A stretch of 64,000 nt of DNA from Bdellovibrio sp. (GTDB lineage Bacteria > Bdellovibrionota > Bdellovibrionia > Bdellovibrionales > Bdellovibrionaceae), in assembly GCA_036677065.1 (NCBI GenBank), contig JAKFBS010000002.1, positions 640,001 through 704,000 on the forward strand, written 5' to 3'. Under the pieces are notes generated by a model, which did no database searches, had not been told where the DNA came from, and saw nothing but the letters and a program-made list of their open reading frames with translations. Below, one piece after another: positions 18,942-29,800 of this stretch. The position numbers and the translations under genes are program-made. How positions within the stretch are numbered: the stretch's first letter is position 1; each line of letters starts with the position of its first letter.

Positions 18942-19571
18942 ATGCAAAACATAAAACAAAAAATCAGCGCTCTTTTTTTATTAGCTACATTAACAATCGC
19001 GGGCAATGCCCATGCTCAGACACTTAAAGTCGGCGATATTATCTTTCACAAAAGCCAGTCGCAACAAGCAAAAGCGATTACTGAAGCCTCTGGTTCTGAA
19101 TGGACTCACGTTGGTATCCTAGTTGCCAGCGCGGGTAAATGGTATGTGGCCGAAGCCGTTGGTCCGGTGAAAGCGACTCCTCTGCAAGATTTTATCAACC
19201 GTGGTAAAAACAAAGAATATAAAATTTATCGTTTCAAACACTTCAATCCAAAAACAATGGAGTTAGCATTACATAATGCGATCAAAAGACAAAACAAGCC
19301 TTACGATATCTATTTCGAAATGTCTGACTCAAGAACTTATTGTTCAGAGCTAGTTTACAAAGCGATGCGCGAAGTAACCGGGCAAGAAGTCGGCACAATG
19401 CAAAAATTCAAAGATTTAAAACTAACTGGCCCGTATGTGAAAGCGTTAATTAAAAAGCGCTTAACAGACACTGGTCGAGAACTAGATCCGAACGAACCAA
19501 TCATCACTCCGATCTCACAAATGCGCGAATCAGATTTCACGCTAGTAAAACAGTACGTAAAATCACGCTAG
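18942..19571 (+). CDS. YiiX/YebB-like permuted papain amidase, secreted; close paralog of 406-1074
   Basis: Signal AHA-Q; VGDIIFHKS, WTHVG, YCSELVYKAM with long identical stretches to the 406 protein. Confidence 0.85.
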   Translation: MQNIKQKISALFLLATLTIAGNAHAQTLKVGDIIFHKSQSQQAKAITEASGSEWTHVGILVASAGKWYVAEAVGPVKATPLQDFINRGKNKEYKIYRFKHFNPKTMELALHNAIKRQNKPYDIYFEMSDSRTYCSELVYKAMREVTGQEVGTMQKFKDLKLTGPYVKALIKKRLTDTGRELDPNEPIITPISQMRESDFTLVKQYVKSR

Positions 19572-19601
19572 TCAGTTTCACAAACATACAAATTACAATT
19601 C

Positions 19602-19641
19602 AAAAACCGTTTCCAAGGCATTGCCCCGAAACGGTTTTTTT
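19602..19641 (+). terminator. Terminator hairpin with a REP-like motif in its loop
   Basis: AAAAACCGTTTC-caaGGCATTGCCCC-GAAACGGTTTTTTT. Confidence 0.75.
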
Positions 19642-19691
19642 ACTTTTGCACCGGCGCAGTTCCGCACTTCGTCTTTGATCTCGGGTTAAAC

Positions 19692-19705
19692 CGGGCATTG
19701 CCCCG
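19692..19705. repeat. REP-like palindrome upstream of HUH gene
   Basis: CGGGCATTGCCCCG. Confidence 0.7.
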
Positions 19706-19731
19706 CTCTGTAAGTTGCATTATGCGCATGT

Positions 19732-20331
19732 ATGCAACACAGCTTATATTTCAAAACCAAAGTTAATTACAGAAAAGAACATGGCGGAGACCTTTCAATA
19801 CGTCGACGTAAATCTAAACGTCATCTCACGATCAAAAATCCCTTTCATGTGACACTCAGAAGTGAATTTGCCACCGGAAAACGATCTTTGCTTCGGCATA
19901 AAAACATGATCTATAAGGTTTTACATAAGGCTTCTCGCCGTTTCGGGGTTAAGATTTATCAACAGGCGATTTGCGGTAATCATATTCATTTATTAGTCCG
20001 CGGACGACAGCGATTTGCGATTCAAAACTTTTTTCGCGTCATTGCTGGCCATATCGCGCAGAAAATTCTCGAGCTCCACCCGATTTCTGATCTAGAACGG
20101 CAGCGGGGCAATGCCCTATCTAAAGATGCAAAAGCGAAGTATCAGCGGAAATTTTGGGGAGCGTTGTTGTATTCGAGAATGGTTCGTTGGGGACGGGATT
20201 TTTCGAATGTTGTGAATTATATCGAAAGAAATATCCTGGAAGCTATCGGCTGGATTCCGTATGTGCGAAAGAAATGGCGCTACATAGAAAAAGGTGGGGC
20301 AATGCCCCACCTTTTCGGAATTCGTGAATGA
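19732..20331 (+). mobile_element. Y1/HUH tyrosine transposase (IS200-like TnpA / RAYT-like), no TnpB
   Basis: FHVTLR, NHIHLLV (HUH), KFW, RMV, VNYIERN (catalytic Tyr); flanked by palindromes. Confidence 0.8.
20289..20315. repeat. Perfect 27-bp palindrome containing the REP-like core at the 3' end of the HUH gene
   Basis: AAAAGGTGGGGCA-A-TGCCCCACCTTTT. Confidence 0.8.
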
Positions 20332-20342
20332 AAATCAGCTAA

Positions 20343-21671
20343 TTAGCGGATAATTTCTAAAGCTTTGTTGATGTGTTTATCACCGTCTTCATCAAATGAT
20401 GTTGATGTGAATTTGAATTTCGACGACGTGTTATCTAATTGTAGTACTGTGAAATTGTGTTTGCTTGTCGAATCAAGACGACGCGGGTTTTTCTTTCTTT
20501 TTGCATTACCTAAGAAAGTAAAACTGTGCATTGAACTTGAAGTTATTTCAAATGTTTTATAACCTAAAACTTTCGATTCGATTTGCATGATTTCAGAAAA
20601 ATGTACATCTCCTGAAACAAAACACACTGGCGCATTGATTCGTGATAACTGCTGGCAAATTAACGATAAGTCTTTAGCTTGCTCGTATTCGTAAGCATCT
20701 TTTTTAAGATAACCACCGAAAAATTGGCTGCCGTTCATTAAAAATGCCGGCGAATTATCAGAACTTAGTGTTGAAAATAATTGATCCTTTTGCGTCTCGC
20801 CCCATTGAGTCGTTGCATTTCTGTTAAAACGACCATCCATTAAACAAAATTTATAACCGAAAACTGATAGAACTTGCGATACACCCACGCCACGTTTGTA
20901 TTTATCATGTTCTGGATATAACCAAAAATTAGAGAACAATTCTAGCGTGAATTGCTTTCCACCAAAAGATCCATCGAAACCATTACCACCGAAATCATGG
21001 TCATCCCAAATAGCCATAATAGGAACTAAGTTTTTGTGACGAAAAACTCCGATTTTAGTGCGCGTTTCAGTGTAACGCTTCCAAAAACCTAATTGTGTTC
21101 CATCATTGCCGTTATCGGCATAACATGTGTCTCCAACCAGAAAAACTAAGTCTGGAGTTTGATTTCCCAGCGAGGCCCACATTTGCGTGCATGCTTTTTT
21201 GAAAAAATCATTCATACAGCTTGCAATAGCTACTTTTGGATTTTTCTTATTCGTATCTAAGGCCTTAAAATTACGTTCATCGACGATTTTACCCTTAGCA
21301 TCTAAAACACGAAATCTATAAGCCTGACCTAATTGAAGACCAGTCACTTTAAATTTATCTAATTGCAAATCAGAACCCTTCATTCCCGCCGCTGATAAAG
21401 CAACTAAGGCAAGCTTTGCATTTTTGTCATCAACCACTTCAAACGACAGTTCTGCTGTTTTTGGACGTAGTACATTAAAGTAAGCTAAATCTTCAAAAGT
21501 TAAACCTTGATGAATTGGATATTTACCCGTGTAAGCAGGAGTTGTTGCTAATGTAGATACCATATCTGATTCTTGTGCCCAAACTCTTGAGCCCCCGAAA
21601 GGTTTAAATGTAAGAATACCGGCAGATATAATACCTGAGTGTTTTAAAAAATCACGACGTGATTGTGACAT
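20343..21671 (-). CDS. phoD: Alkaline phosphatase D family, Tat-exported
   Basis: SRRDFLK Tat motif; ASC, GDTCYAD, WDDHDFG, SGDVH; RBS GGAGG before ATG 21671. Confidence 0.8.
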   Translation of the reverse strand: MSQSRRDFLKHSGIISAGILTFKPFGGSRVWAQESDMVSTLATTPAYTGKYPIHQGLTFEDLAYFNVLRPKTAELSFEVVDDKNAKLALVALSAAGMKGSDLQLDKFKVTGLQLGQAYRFRVLDAKGKIVDERNFKALDTNKKNPKVAIASCMNDFFKKACTQMWASLGNQTPDLVFLVGDTCYADNGNDGTQLGFWKRYTETRTKIGVFRHKNLVPIMAIWDDHDFGGNGFDGSFGGKQFTLELFSNFWLYPEHDKYKRGVGVSQVLSVFGYKFCLMDGRFNRNATTQWGETQKDQLFSTLSSDNSPAFLMNGSQFFGGYLKKDAYEYEQAKDLSLICQQLSRINAPVCFVSGDVHFSEIMQIESKVLGYKTFEITSSSMHSFTFLGNAKRKKNPRRLDSTSKHNFTVLQLDNTSSKFKFTSTSFDEDGDKHINKALEIIR

Positions 21672-22095
21672 ATGGATGGTCCTCCTAACTAACCTTTCGG
21701 AGGGCGAATTCACCGATTCGACTAGACTTATGTGAATCTGGACTATTGCTAGACTACTGGCCTAACTTCTGTAGTGCGATTGTACTAAAACAAAACGGCG
21801 CAAAATTTATTCACCTCAAATTTGGCGCGCGTAAGTTCGCTTCAACCAGAAACTTTTAAAAAGTTATCACCTTGAATTACGAAGCCAATCTGGTTCTCAT
21901 TCTTACAAACGCACCTGACAGCATGAACCTGTTAAAAAAAAATGAAGGATTAAACAAAAAATTTCACTGTGAAGCTGGGCTTACATCACTGGCGCAGTCT
22001 TGACCTTAGACGGTGACCGGGTCTGGGTCGTTTGCACTGCTAAAGACTTTGCAAACAAGAAATGAATTTGCTGTCTCAATTTGATCTATGTTGGC

Positions 22096-22123
22096 TAAAG
22101 TAAACATGTTTTTTTGTCGATAA
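22096..22123 (+). promoter_or_regulatory. Sigma28-like promoter
   Basis: TAAA-N16-GTCGATAA, 7 nt before GTG 22131. Confidence 0.55.
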
Positions 22124-22130
22124 ATTAGTC

Positions 22131-24737
22131 GTGAGATACATGTTGGCACATCTTTGTAAAGCTATGCGTTCTTTTAACCCCATCAGATTATTCGTGGGCG
22201 CGTATTTTATTTTGTTAGCATCAGGTTGTGATTTAAAAGCAAATTTACAATCGCTTTTATCAGTTTCAAATGTGCCCGTTTGTGAAATTACAGACGGCGA
22301 AATTACAAATCCTCCGTGTGAATTGCCTGATGGTTACGAGGAACATTTTATTTCTGAAAATGAATTCTCTGGCCGTACCACAACAATCACTTCACAAACT
22401 ATCGCAGCATCTTCAACATTAGTTTACGGTGAAGAAGGCTTTGAAGGCGTAGCCGTACTTTCACAACTACCGATAGCTTGGTCTACGGGTTATGCCGTCT
22501 TAAGTTTAGATAAATCTTTAAATCAACAAGGTGGAACTTTTAATCCTGATTACCTTGCTAATAATATCGCATCGGGAACTTCTATCTTTGGTTTAGCTGG
22601 TAGCTTCTTCAGCACACAAAAAGTTTATTGCTCTAATACAGATACAGCGTCTTCGACATCGACTGTTCCTGGCATTGGACTTCCGGCAAATGGCAACGAA
22701 TGTGTGGCTCCAGAAAATAACTTTATCTATACGACACCATTTAACGGTCGCGCCAACAACTGTAACGCTGCCGGTGGCACGAATAATTCAAGTTGTTTCA
22801 TTCAACAAGCTGCCCAGGATATATATTTAGCAAATGCAAATTCAGTTCCGTTAGCTTGTACATATAATGGTAACAACGGAACATTCTGGGATGTCTCTAC
22901 GACAAGCTTAACTTACGGTAAATTAAAATCTCCGACGATAAGTAGTATTGTTCGTGACTACTGCCAAGTAGCGCAAGGGCAATTTTTCTATTCAGATCCA
23001 TTCGGGGGGCGCACTTCAGTTTGTGGTCCGGTACCGAATCCACCTTGTTTTTTAGAGATTCCACCATTTCAGACTCGAACAGTTAACTTAGGTGAATCAT
23101 CGACCACGCCAGTATGTCTAGAAGATCAATCAGACATTTTACCAGCAAACTGGTTAGGTGGCCTTGATGAACCGCTAAGTAAAAATTCGGCGCAATGTTT
23201 AACACCGGGTAATAACCGCTACGTTTACAACACAGCCTATGATGGACGTTTTCGCGCTTGTAATGGAACTAACATCGGAAAATGTTATTACACAGGCTCA
23301 GAAGTTTCTGCAAATATTAGTTATATTTTTACAACAAGTGAAAATGCATCTTGTCGCACGACTTTGAATTCTTGCGTTAACACTTGTGCGACTGCAAAAG
23401 ATACTTGTAACGGCTTAGCCGATGCTGATGAGAATAAATGTTTAGGGCAATATTCACAATGTTATTATAGCTGTTACGAGCGCCCTACAGTTTCTGGCGT
23501 AACACCTGTTGGTTATGCAAAATGTGCTGACAATGCTTGTACAACGACAAAAAATTCTTGTAACACAGCTTGCGGCTCGAATGTCACATGTAAAAATAAT
23601 TGTACGACAGCTTACAACGACTGTAAGTACGTTGAAAATCCGCGCACTGGTATTTGGTTTTTAAATGCTTCTTATAATTTAACAAATCCAAGAACTAAAG
23701 CTTTGATCATCCCTGCTGGTCAAAAAAAATCAGCATCAATTCCGATGGCTGATCTTTTAAATACATCGGCAATTAAAGCCGGTGTAAATATTTTCGGATT
23801 CACTGGTTCATTCGGCGGTCTTGGGGTCTGGGCATCTGGTATGCATCGTGATAAATCAGTTCCACAGTTAACCTTGAATGAAGAGAATAATAACTTTTCG
23901 GGCTTATCTGAAGAACCACTGCCAACAAGTTTTCCGAACTTTTACGAGCCTTTTAAACCGTACCGCGAAGTGACTTCAATTGCCAAAGACGACGATGGTT
24001 CAGTCGCTGATCAAAATGTATTAGCTACTCCAAGCCGCTCATCATGGGGACAAACCCAGTGCGGTGTCGGTGGCACGTTAACAACAATAGATCTAAAAAT
24101 TTCAGATTGTGGCGCCAAATTCGGTTCACTTTCATCTTGGGATGGCGTGACGAATGGAAATGCCGGTCAAGGCCGTTGGACACTCGTTTCGCGCAAATTA
24201 AACGCTTCTACCGGAACAATGGTTGAAGTGTGGCGTGATGAAAGAACTATGATGTTATGGAGTTCTTTAATCAGCGAAGCCACTAATTGGTGTAAAGCTT
24301 CTGGTAGTAGTAACAGCACTAATGCTGCGGTAAATAACCGTTATAAAGAAAATGATCCGTCTGATATTTGTGATAATCCGAGCAATCAAAATCAAGGTGC
24401 AGCAGAAACTGTAATCAGCGCTTGTCTGGCAGATTTAGGCTTCACAAATACTGATGCAGATTTCAATATCAACGGCAAAGTAGACTTGGATTTAACTTCA
24501 GCTCCAAAAATTCACTGGCGCATGCCAACGATGTACGATTATGAAGTCGCAGAATACAATGGCATTCGTTTCGTATTACCTGATATGGGAACACAACGAG
24601 GCATCCCGCTGGTTGAATGGACAGCAACGGTTAACTCGGCAAATCGCAGCGAAGCCTGGGGCATCAATTCAATGGATGGAGCACACAGAGTCATCAATCG
24701 TTCTGACTTAGCGGGGGTAAGATGTATCGGCCGCTAA
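22131..24737 (+). CDS. Cys-rich fibre/adhesin-like lipoprotein with C-terminal Lcl/DUF1566-like domain
   Basis: Lipobox-like ASGC; NNIASGTSIFGLAG and IKAGVNIFGFTG fibre-like motifs; VWRD..T.MLWS, WRMPT, EWTAT, VRCIGR. Confidence 0.6.
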   Translation: MRYMLAHLCKAMRSFNPIRLFVGAYFILLASGCDLKANLQSLLSVSNVPVCEITDGEITNPPCELPDGYEEHFISENEFSGRTTTITSQTIAASSTLVYGEEGFEGVAVLSQLPIAWSTGYAVLSLDKSLNQQGGTFNPDYLANNIASGTSIFGLAGSFFSTQKVYCSNTDTASSTSTVPGIGLPANGNECVAPENNFIYTTPFNGRANNCNAAGGTNNSSCFIQQAAQDIYLANANSVPLACTYNGNNGTFWDVSTTSLTYGKLKSPTISSIVRDYCQVAQGQFFYSDPFGGRTSVCGPVPNPPCFLEIPPFQTRTVNLGESSTTPVCLEDQSDILPANWLGGLDEPLSKNSAQCLTPGNNRYVYNTAYDGRFRACNGTNIGKCYYTGSEVSANISYIFTTSENASCRTTLNSCVNTCATAKDTCNGLADADENKCLGQYSQCYYSCYERPTVSGVTPVGYAKCADNACTTTKNSCNTACGSNVTCKNNCTTAYNDCKYVENPRTGIWFLNASYNLTNPRTKALIIPAGQKKSASIPMADLLNTSAIKAGVNIFGFTGSFGGLGVWASGMHRDKSVPQLTLNEENNNFSGLSEEPLPTSFPNFYEPFKPYREVTSIAKDDDGSVADQNVLATPSRSSWGQTQCGVGGTLTTIDLKISDCGAKFGSLSSWDGVTNGNAGQGRWTLVSRKLNASTGTMVEVWRDERTMMLWSSLISEATNWCKASGSSNSTNAAVNNRYKENDPSDICDNPSNQNQGAAETVISACLADLGFTNTDADFNINGKVDLDLTSAPKIHWRMPTMYDYEVAEYNGIRFVLPDMGTQRGIPLVEWTATVNSANRSEAWGINSMDGAHRVINRSDLAGVRCIGR

Positions 24738-26854
24738 TTTCAATTATTTTTATTTTTCTACTTAATGTTTCAGTCGTTCGCGCTGAAGAAGTCATCGATA
24801 CGTCTAATTTATTTTTATGTGATCTTGAATCTATTATCACACAAAAATGTGGCGTCTTAAATACCGCTTATGTTTATGATGTTCAGTACGGCCCCCGCAG
24901 TTCAAGTTACTTACAGCACTACACGGCGAATGCCGAGGCCTCAACTATTCAGTTAGCACCAGGTTGGCATGAAGGTAATGAAATCACTTGGCAATCGATT
25001 GGTTTGCGTCCGGAAAATATCGTGAAAGATAAAAAGATTTTTGGTGTGGTTGGAACTCTTGATAATACCGTTTACACAAGTTGTGTAACGAATGCAGCCT
25101 CTGGACAATTAACAGCCCACAACTCGAACTTTTGTTATGCACCGGCTGGCGCACATTATATTTATTCTTCATACTGGGGCGGACGCAATAATGAGTGCTC
25201 GTTTGTTCAAGTCGATTCAATATCATACAAATTAGTTAATAAATTTGATGGCGCGAAACCAAAAGGTGCTTGTTGGATCAATACCCAAGACACAACAACT
25301 CCAGACGGATTCAGCATTGATGGCAACGCCTTAAAAACAAGTGGAAATCCAAATTTTGTTATTCGTAACACGGCAACAGCAAACACCTGTTCGGTTATTG
25401 GTGGCGGCACGGGTTTACAAACAACATCTTGCACAACTCCAGATCGTAACGATTTTAATGGTTACTTCTACCCGGCCTTTGTGACCAGAACCATTAACGG
25501 TGTGGCCAAGCAGATCAGCGGATCTTTCGGTGGCCGCGGTAAAAATTGTATTTATGGTACAAACAATGAACCTTGTTGGATCGATGATGCCGATGCCTAT
25601 GTAGAAAATGATACGACTTGTAATGAAAAATATCCAGACGGAACCCCTGGCGTAAGCGCAACTTCACCATTAAATGCTTATTCTTGTAAAACAAAAGGCA
25701 TCGTACGCGATGTTAGCATTAATAACGGTGTCGCTTCTTCAACTATTGGTCGCTTCGTTTACAAAACCGCACGCGGTGGAAGAAATACAGACTGCGCTCA
25801 AGGTAAAGTCGGCCTTTGTTTTACGACAACTGATTTTAAATCTGGTCTTGATCCTGATTTAGATCCGAATAACATTCAAAAAGGAATCGTGATTTTTGGT
25901 GTTCGCGGAACCTACGAAGCCCCAGAAATCGTCTATGGCAGTGGCGCACATCGCACGCCATCAAGCAGTACTGTTGCAAACAAATTGAATTACAAACAAA
26001 ACTTAACTGGTGAATCTAACCGTCTTGAAGCAAATCCAAATCAAAACTCAAGTCAGATTTATCCAGCAGACTATCATGCGATTCCAAAAATTGCCACCGA
26101 CTCTGAGGCGGATGTAGTTAAAGTAAACCGTGCCACCTGGTCTAACACTCAGTGCGGAACGATCGGCACAACTTCGGCCCGTATAGCAAATTGCGTAACT
26201 GCTTTTGGTACGAATGCCACCTGGAAGGGTTCAGTTAAGGGTAATGCCGGCCAAACGGATTGGGAACTTGTAACCCGCAAACGTGACAGCGTTGATGCAA
26301 ATAAAACTTACGAAGTCTGGCGTGATTCAAGCACTGGCTTATTATGGAGTTCACTGGTTTCAACAAGTCAAAATTGGTGTAAATCAACCGGTAGCAATGG
26401 CAGAAAAATTTCTGATGGTGTAGATATGGTCTACGACCAACAAACATCTTCTGAAGATGATCCATCAAACTATTGTGACAACCCGACTTACCAAGATCAA
26501 AATACTCCGGTTTCAGTTTGTTATATCGACATGCCAGAAAATGGCGATCCAAATTTATTTTCTACAGATTACAGCACGGCTACCACTCCAGGTAAAGCAG
26601 GTCTACTTCCTGATCTGACGGCGGCTACAGGCCGAGTTTACTGGCGTGTACCGACAATGTTTGATTACATTTTAGCTAATCATCACGGTCTTCGTTTTGT
26701 GATGCCTGATATCGGCGTAAATACCGACGAAGAATGGACAGCTACGACATCAGCTTCAAATCGTAAGAATGCCTGGACATTCAGTGGTAAAACCGGAGCT
26801 CGCCAATACAAACAACGTAACAACCCTGCAGCAGTTCGCTGTATTGGCCGGTAG
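24722..26854 (+). CDS. Cys-rich fibre/adhesin-like secreted protein, paralog of 22131
   Basis: Signal VRA-E; PENIVKDKKIFGVVG, PNNIQKGIVIFGVRG; VWRDSSTGLLWS, WRVPT, VRCIGR. Confidence 0.6.
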   Translation: MYRPLISIIFIFLLNVSVVRAEEVIDTSNLFLCDLESIITQKCGVLNTAYVYDVQYGPRSSSYLQHYTANAEASTIQLAPGWHEGNEITWQSIGLRPENIVKDKKIFGVVGTLDNTVYTSCVTNAASGQLTAHNSNFCYAPAGAHYIYSSYWGGRNNECSFVQVDSISYKLVNKFDGAKPKGACWINTQDTTTPDGFSIDGNALKTSGNPNFVIRNTATANTCSVIGGGTGLQTTSCTTPDRNDFNGYFYPAFVTRTINGVAKQISGSFGGRGKNCIYGTNNEPCWIDDADAYVENDTTCNEKYPDGTPGVSATSPLNAYSCKTKGIVRDVSINNGVASSTIGRFVYKTARGGRNTDCAQGKVGLCFTTTDFKSGLDPDLDPNNIQKGIVIFGVRGTYEAPEIVYGSGAHRTPSSSTVANKLNYKQNLTGESNRLEANPNQNSSQIYPADYHAIPKIATDSEADVVKVNRATWSNTQCGTIGTTSARIANCVTAFGTNATWKGSVKGNAGQTDWELVTRKRDSVDANKTYEVWRDSSTGLLWSSLVSTSQNWCKSTGSNGRKISDGVDMVYDQQTSSEDDPSNYCDNPTYQDQNTPVSVCYIDMPENGDPNLFSTDYSTATTPGKAGLLPDLTAATGRVYWRVPTMFDYILANHHGLRFVMPDIGVNTDEEWTATTSASNRKNAWTFSGKTGARQYKQRNNPAAVRCIGR

Positions 26855-26856
26855 TC

Positions 26857-29800
26857 ATGAAAAATTTTAAATTTTATCTATTATTATTTTTATTATTAAG
26901 CGGCTGTACTGGTTCTATTTTAGAAGAAGAACTTTTATCTAATCTGTCACAAAAAGGTGCCGGCGGTATTGAGCTTGATGAATACATCCCGCCAGGAATT
27001 CAATTCGTTGAAAACACGACTCAGGGTATGCAACAAGAAGGTTTTCCATATCTTCGTAACAACAGAACTTTTAATATCAAATGGATTATCAAAACCTGTG
27101 ATCCCGTAAATAATCCGTTGGATGCCTCATGCGCTAATTTACCTACAGGCACTGCCGAAAATCCAGATCCGGGCTTTTATATTACTCGTTTAGAATACAC
27201 ATCCGGAACAACTTACGTGCAGATTCCGGGCGCTACCAGTCTTGGTGGCTATAATGACCAAATTCAAAGTTTCAGTTGGTCAATTCCAATTTCTTTAACT
27301 GATGAAGGCGCTGATTTTCGTTTTAGATTAATCACACGCAATGCCAAACTTGAAGATTTCTTTGCAACTTCAAGTAGTTTTATTATGGATAGCAGCGCAC
27401 CTGTTATTCAAACTGGTTCGTTAACTTTTAATGGCTCGGCCGACACCCCGTTAAACCTGAAATCTCCGGGTGTTAATATTGATTTTAATGCCGATGATAA
27501 TTATTCTCCGGTTGAAAGTTTTTGTTTAAAAGATTCAGCAGCTATTCCAACTGCAGATCATGCCTGCTGGTTAAAAATCACTTCTTTAGGTTTAACTGAA
27601 AGTAAAAACTTACAAGTTAAAAACTTAAAACGTGTTCTTGGCTGGATCGGCGGATCTTTTACTTTCTATTTCTGGATTAAAGACAAAGCCGGTAACTACT
27701 CACGTTTAACAAACGATGTCGGCGATGAAACAATCGACCGTCGCACTATTTCTTATGCTCCGGGGCGCAGTATTGCCTTCTTAAAAAACATTGCGGCAAA
27801 CGATGATTCGGTTACAGATAATCCGGCACTTGATAAAACCGTAATCAATGCTTCTGCTCCGACTGTTTTTATCAAGTGGAGCTACACCATCGATCAGAAT
27901 ACAACTCTAGATTCTGTTGAACCTTATAAAATTGAATACTCGACAGACGGTTCGACCTTTCAAAACATCACCGGTGTAAGTGAAACCGCTTTACTTGATA
28001 GTGAAATTTCAAACGACGTCAATGTGAATTGCCAAACTGTTCCTTCACAAGATCCGGCATCTATTGATAGCTGTTATGCTTGGACAGTTCCTGCAAGTCT
28101 TCATAACATTCCGTTCTACATTCGTGTCCATGTGCGTGATTCGGCAGGTTTCGTTTATTCAATCAGTACAAATCCTTTCAATCTGAGCACATCAACTAGC
28201 TTAGACGGAAAAGTTCAGGGTTTACGTTTTGCGGCCGGCCTTTCAGATTCATTAATCGGCGCCTCGGCGCTGAACACAAAATTTGATATCGATACGGCTT
28301 ATTCTCGCACTGGCGGAAAACTGGTTGTGCATGAAGATGGGCGCATGTTTGTCTTAGATAACAGTGCAGGCATTATTGAAATCAGTCAGTTCGACGGTCG
28401 CGCACGATTATATATTAAAAAATCTACTGCATCAGTTGACGGTTATGCTGTTGATTCGCCAGATTTGTTAGCCGGGCGAACAGAAGCAGTCACTTCAAAT
28501 ATTATTAAAATTTCTCTCGATTATAAAGGCCGCCTGATCATCATGGAAAATAACCGTATTCGTCAGGTAACAGATGAACGTGATGCTCAGGGTAATTTAA
28601 CCGGCGTTCGTTACGTGAAAACTATTGTTGGTTGTTTACAAACACCGACATCAAATTGTTATTACAATAACACTTATAAAAATACGGCTTACAATGCTAA
28701 AGTGCCAATTCAGTATTGGCAAAATGCGTGGATCAATGCCGATGAATTTACATTTCCCGGCCCAGTTAACGACTGGAACCGCCAATTCAGACATTTCACC
28801 GCACTTCCTAACGGCGATATTTATTTTTCTGTGAATGCTGACTACACGCAAATCTCGACGGCTTTGGCAAGTAGCGCAAACAGCTGGAGAGCCTTAGACT
28901 TTCGTATTTACCGTCCAGATGCAGATCCGACAAAACCTGGAAAGTTACTTCCCTTGAAATTAACCGGCTATGGCGTTTTAGGTGAGCCCTTTAAACCGAT
29001 TTCAGAATTGTATCCACAATCAATGGGCGGCCTGACATTTAATCCAATCACCGGAAATCCGACAACTCTTGCCATGTTCTGGGATTACTGCCCGCCAAAC
29101 ACAACAGCCCAGTGCGAATATTTTACTTCAAATCATAATCCTAAAACCGGCCAATCCAACGGCACCGGTACACATTACTATTCATACACCATGTCGATCA
29201 AAAATTCGCTCGCTAAAGGTTATGTTGATTCACACACTTTCAGATATTTTACTTCACGCCGCGGCGAACTTTATGCTTACAACACGAACCAATTTGAAAA
29301 AGTGTTGGGTAAATTAAATACTTCGACCAACAAGTTCGAAAGAATCTTGGGCGGTATTGGCTACGATGGCTATTGCGCCGATGGCACCTTGGCGATAGCT
29401 TGCCCTAATTATATTCGCGATGCTTGGGTAACCCAAGATAACACCGTCTTTTTTATTGATGGTCAGCAAATTCGCATGATCGGCGCCGATGGCCGCGTAG
29501 TTACATTGTTTGGTCGCAAACCTGCTGATCGCAGTGGCCTTGAAGCAACCCTTTCAACCCTAGGCCGCTTTGAGAATTTCGGTAAATGGTATGACACTAA
29601 CACATCGACTGAAAAGTTTGTACTGCGCGAATACGATAGTATTTTAGTGCGCGAATTCAGCATGGATAAAAAAATTGAAACCATCGCCGGCAATGAAACT
29701 ACAAATTGGGGACTCACTTGGAAAGCTGCGGCCTCAAAACCCGGTTATTTTGTTTCGACTAAATTAGCTAATGCTGAAATGGGCGCATGGACTCAAGCTC

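Noticed and set aside
16195..20315. CRISPR array from the palindromic repeats
   Set aside because: Copies are 11-13 bp, irregularly spaced over 4 kb, and there are no cas genes
19732..20342. IS605/TnpB or IscB element
   Set aside because: No RuvC-domain ORF beside the Y1 gene; phoD follows directly
21720..21765. Short CT(A/G)GACT repeats upstream of phoD
   Set aside because: Too short and irregular to call a Pho box or tandem repeat
24500..26854. Diversity-generating retroelement targeting the Lcl-like C-termini
   Set aside because: No reverse transcriptase or template repeat in the window, and differences between the two 3' ends are not adenine-specific
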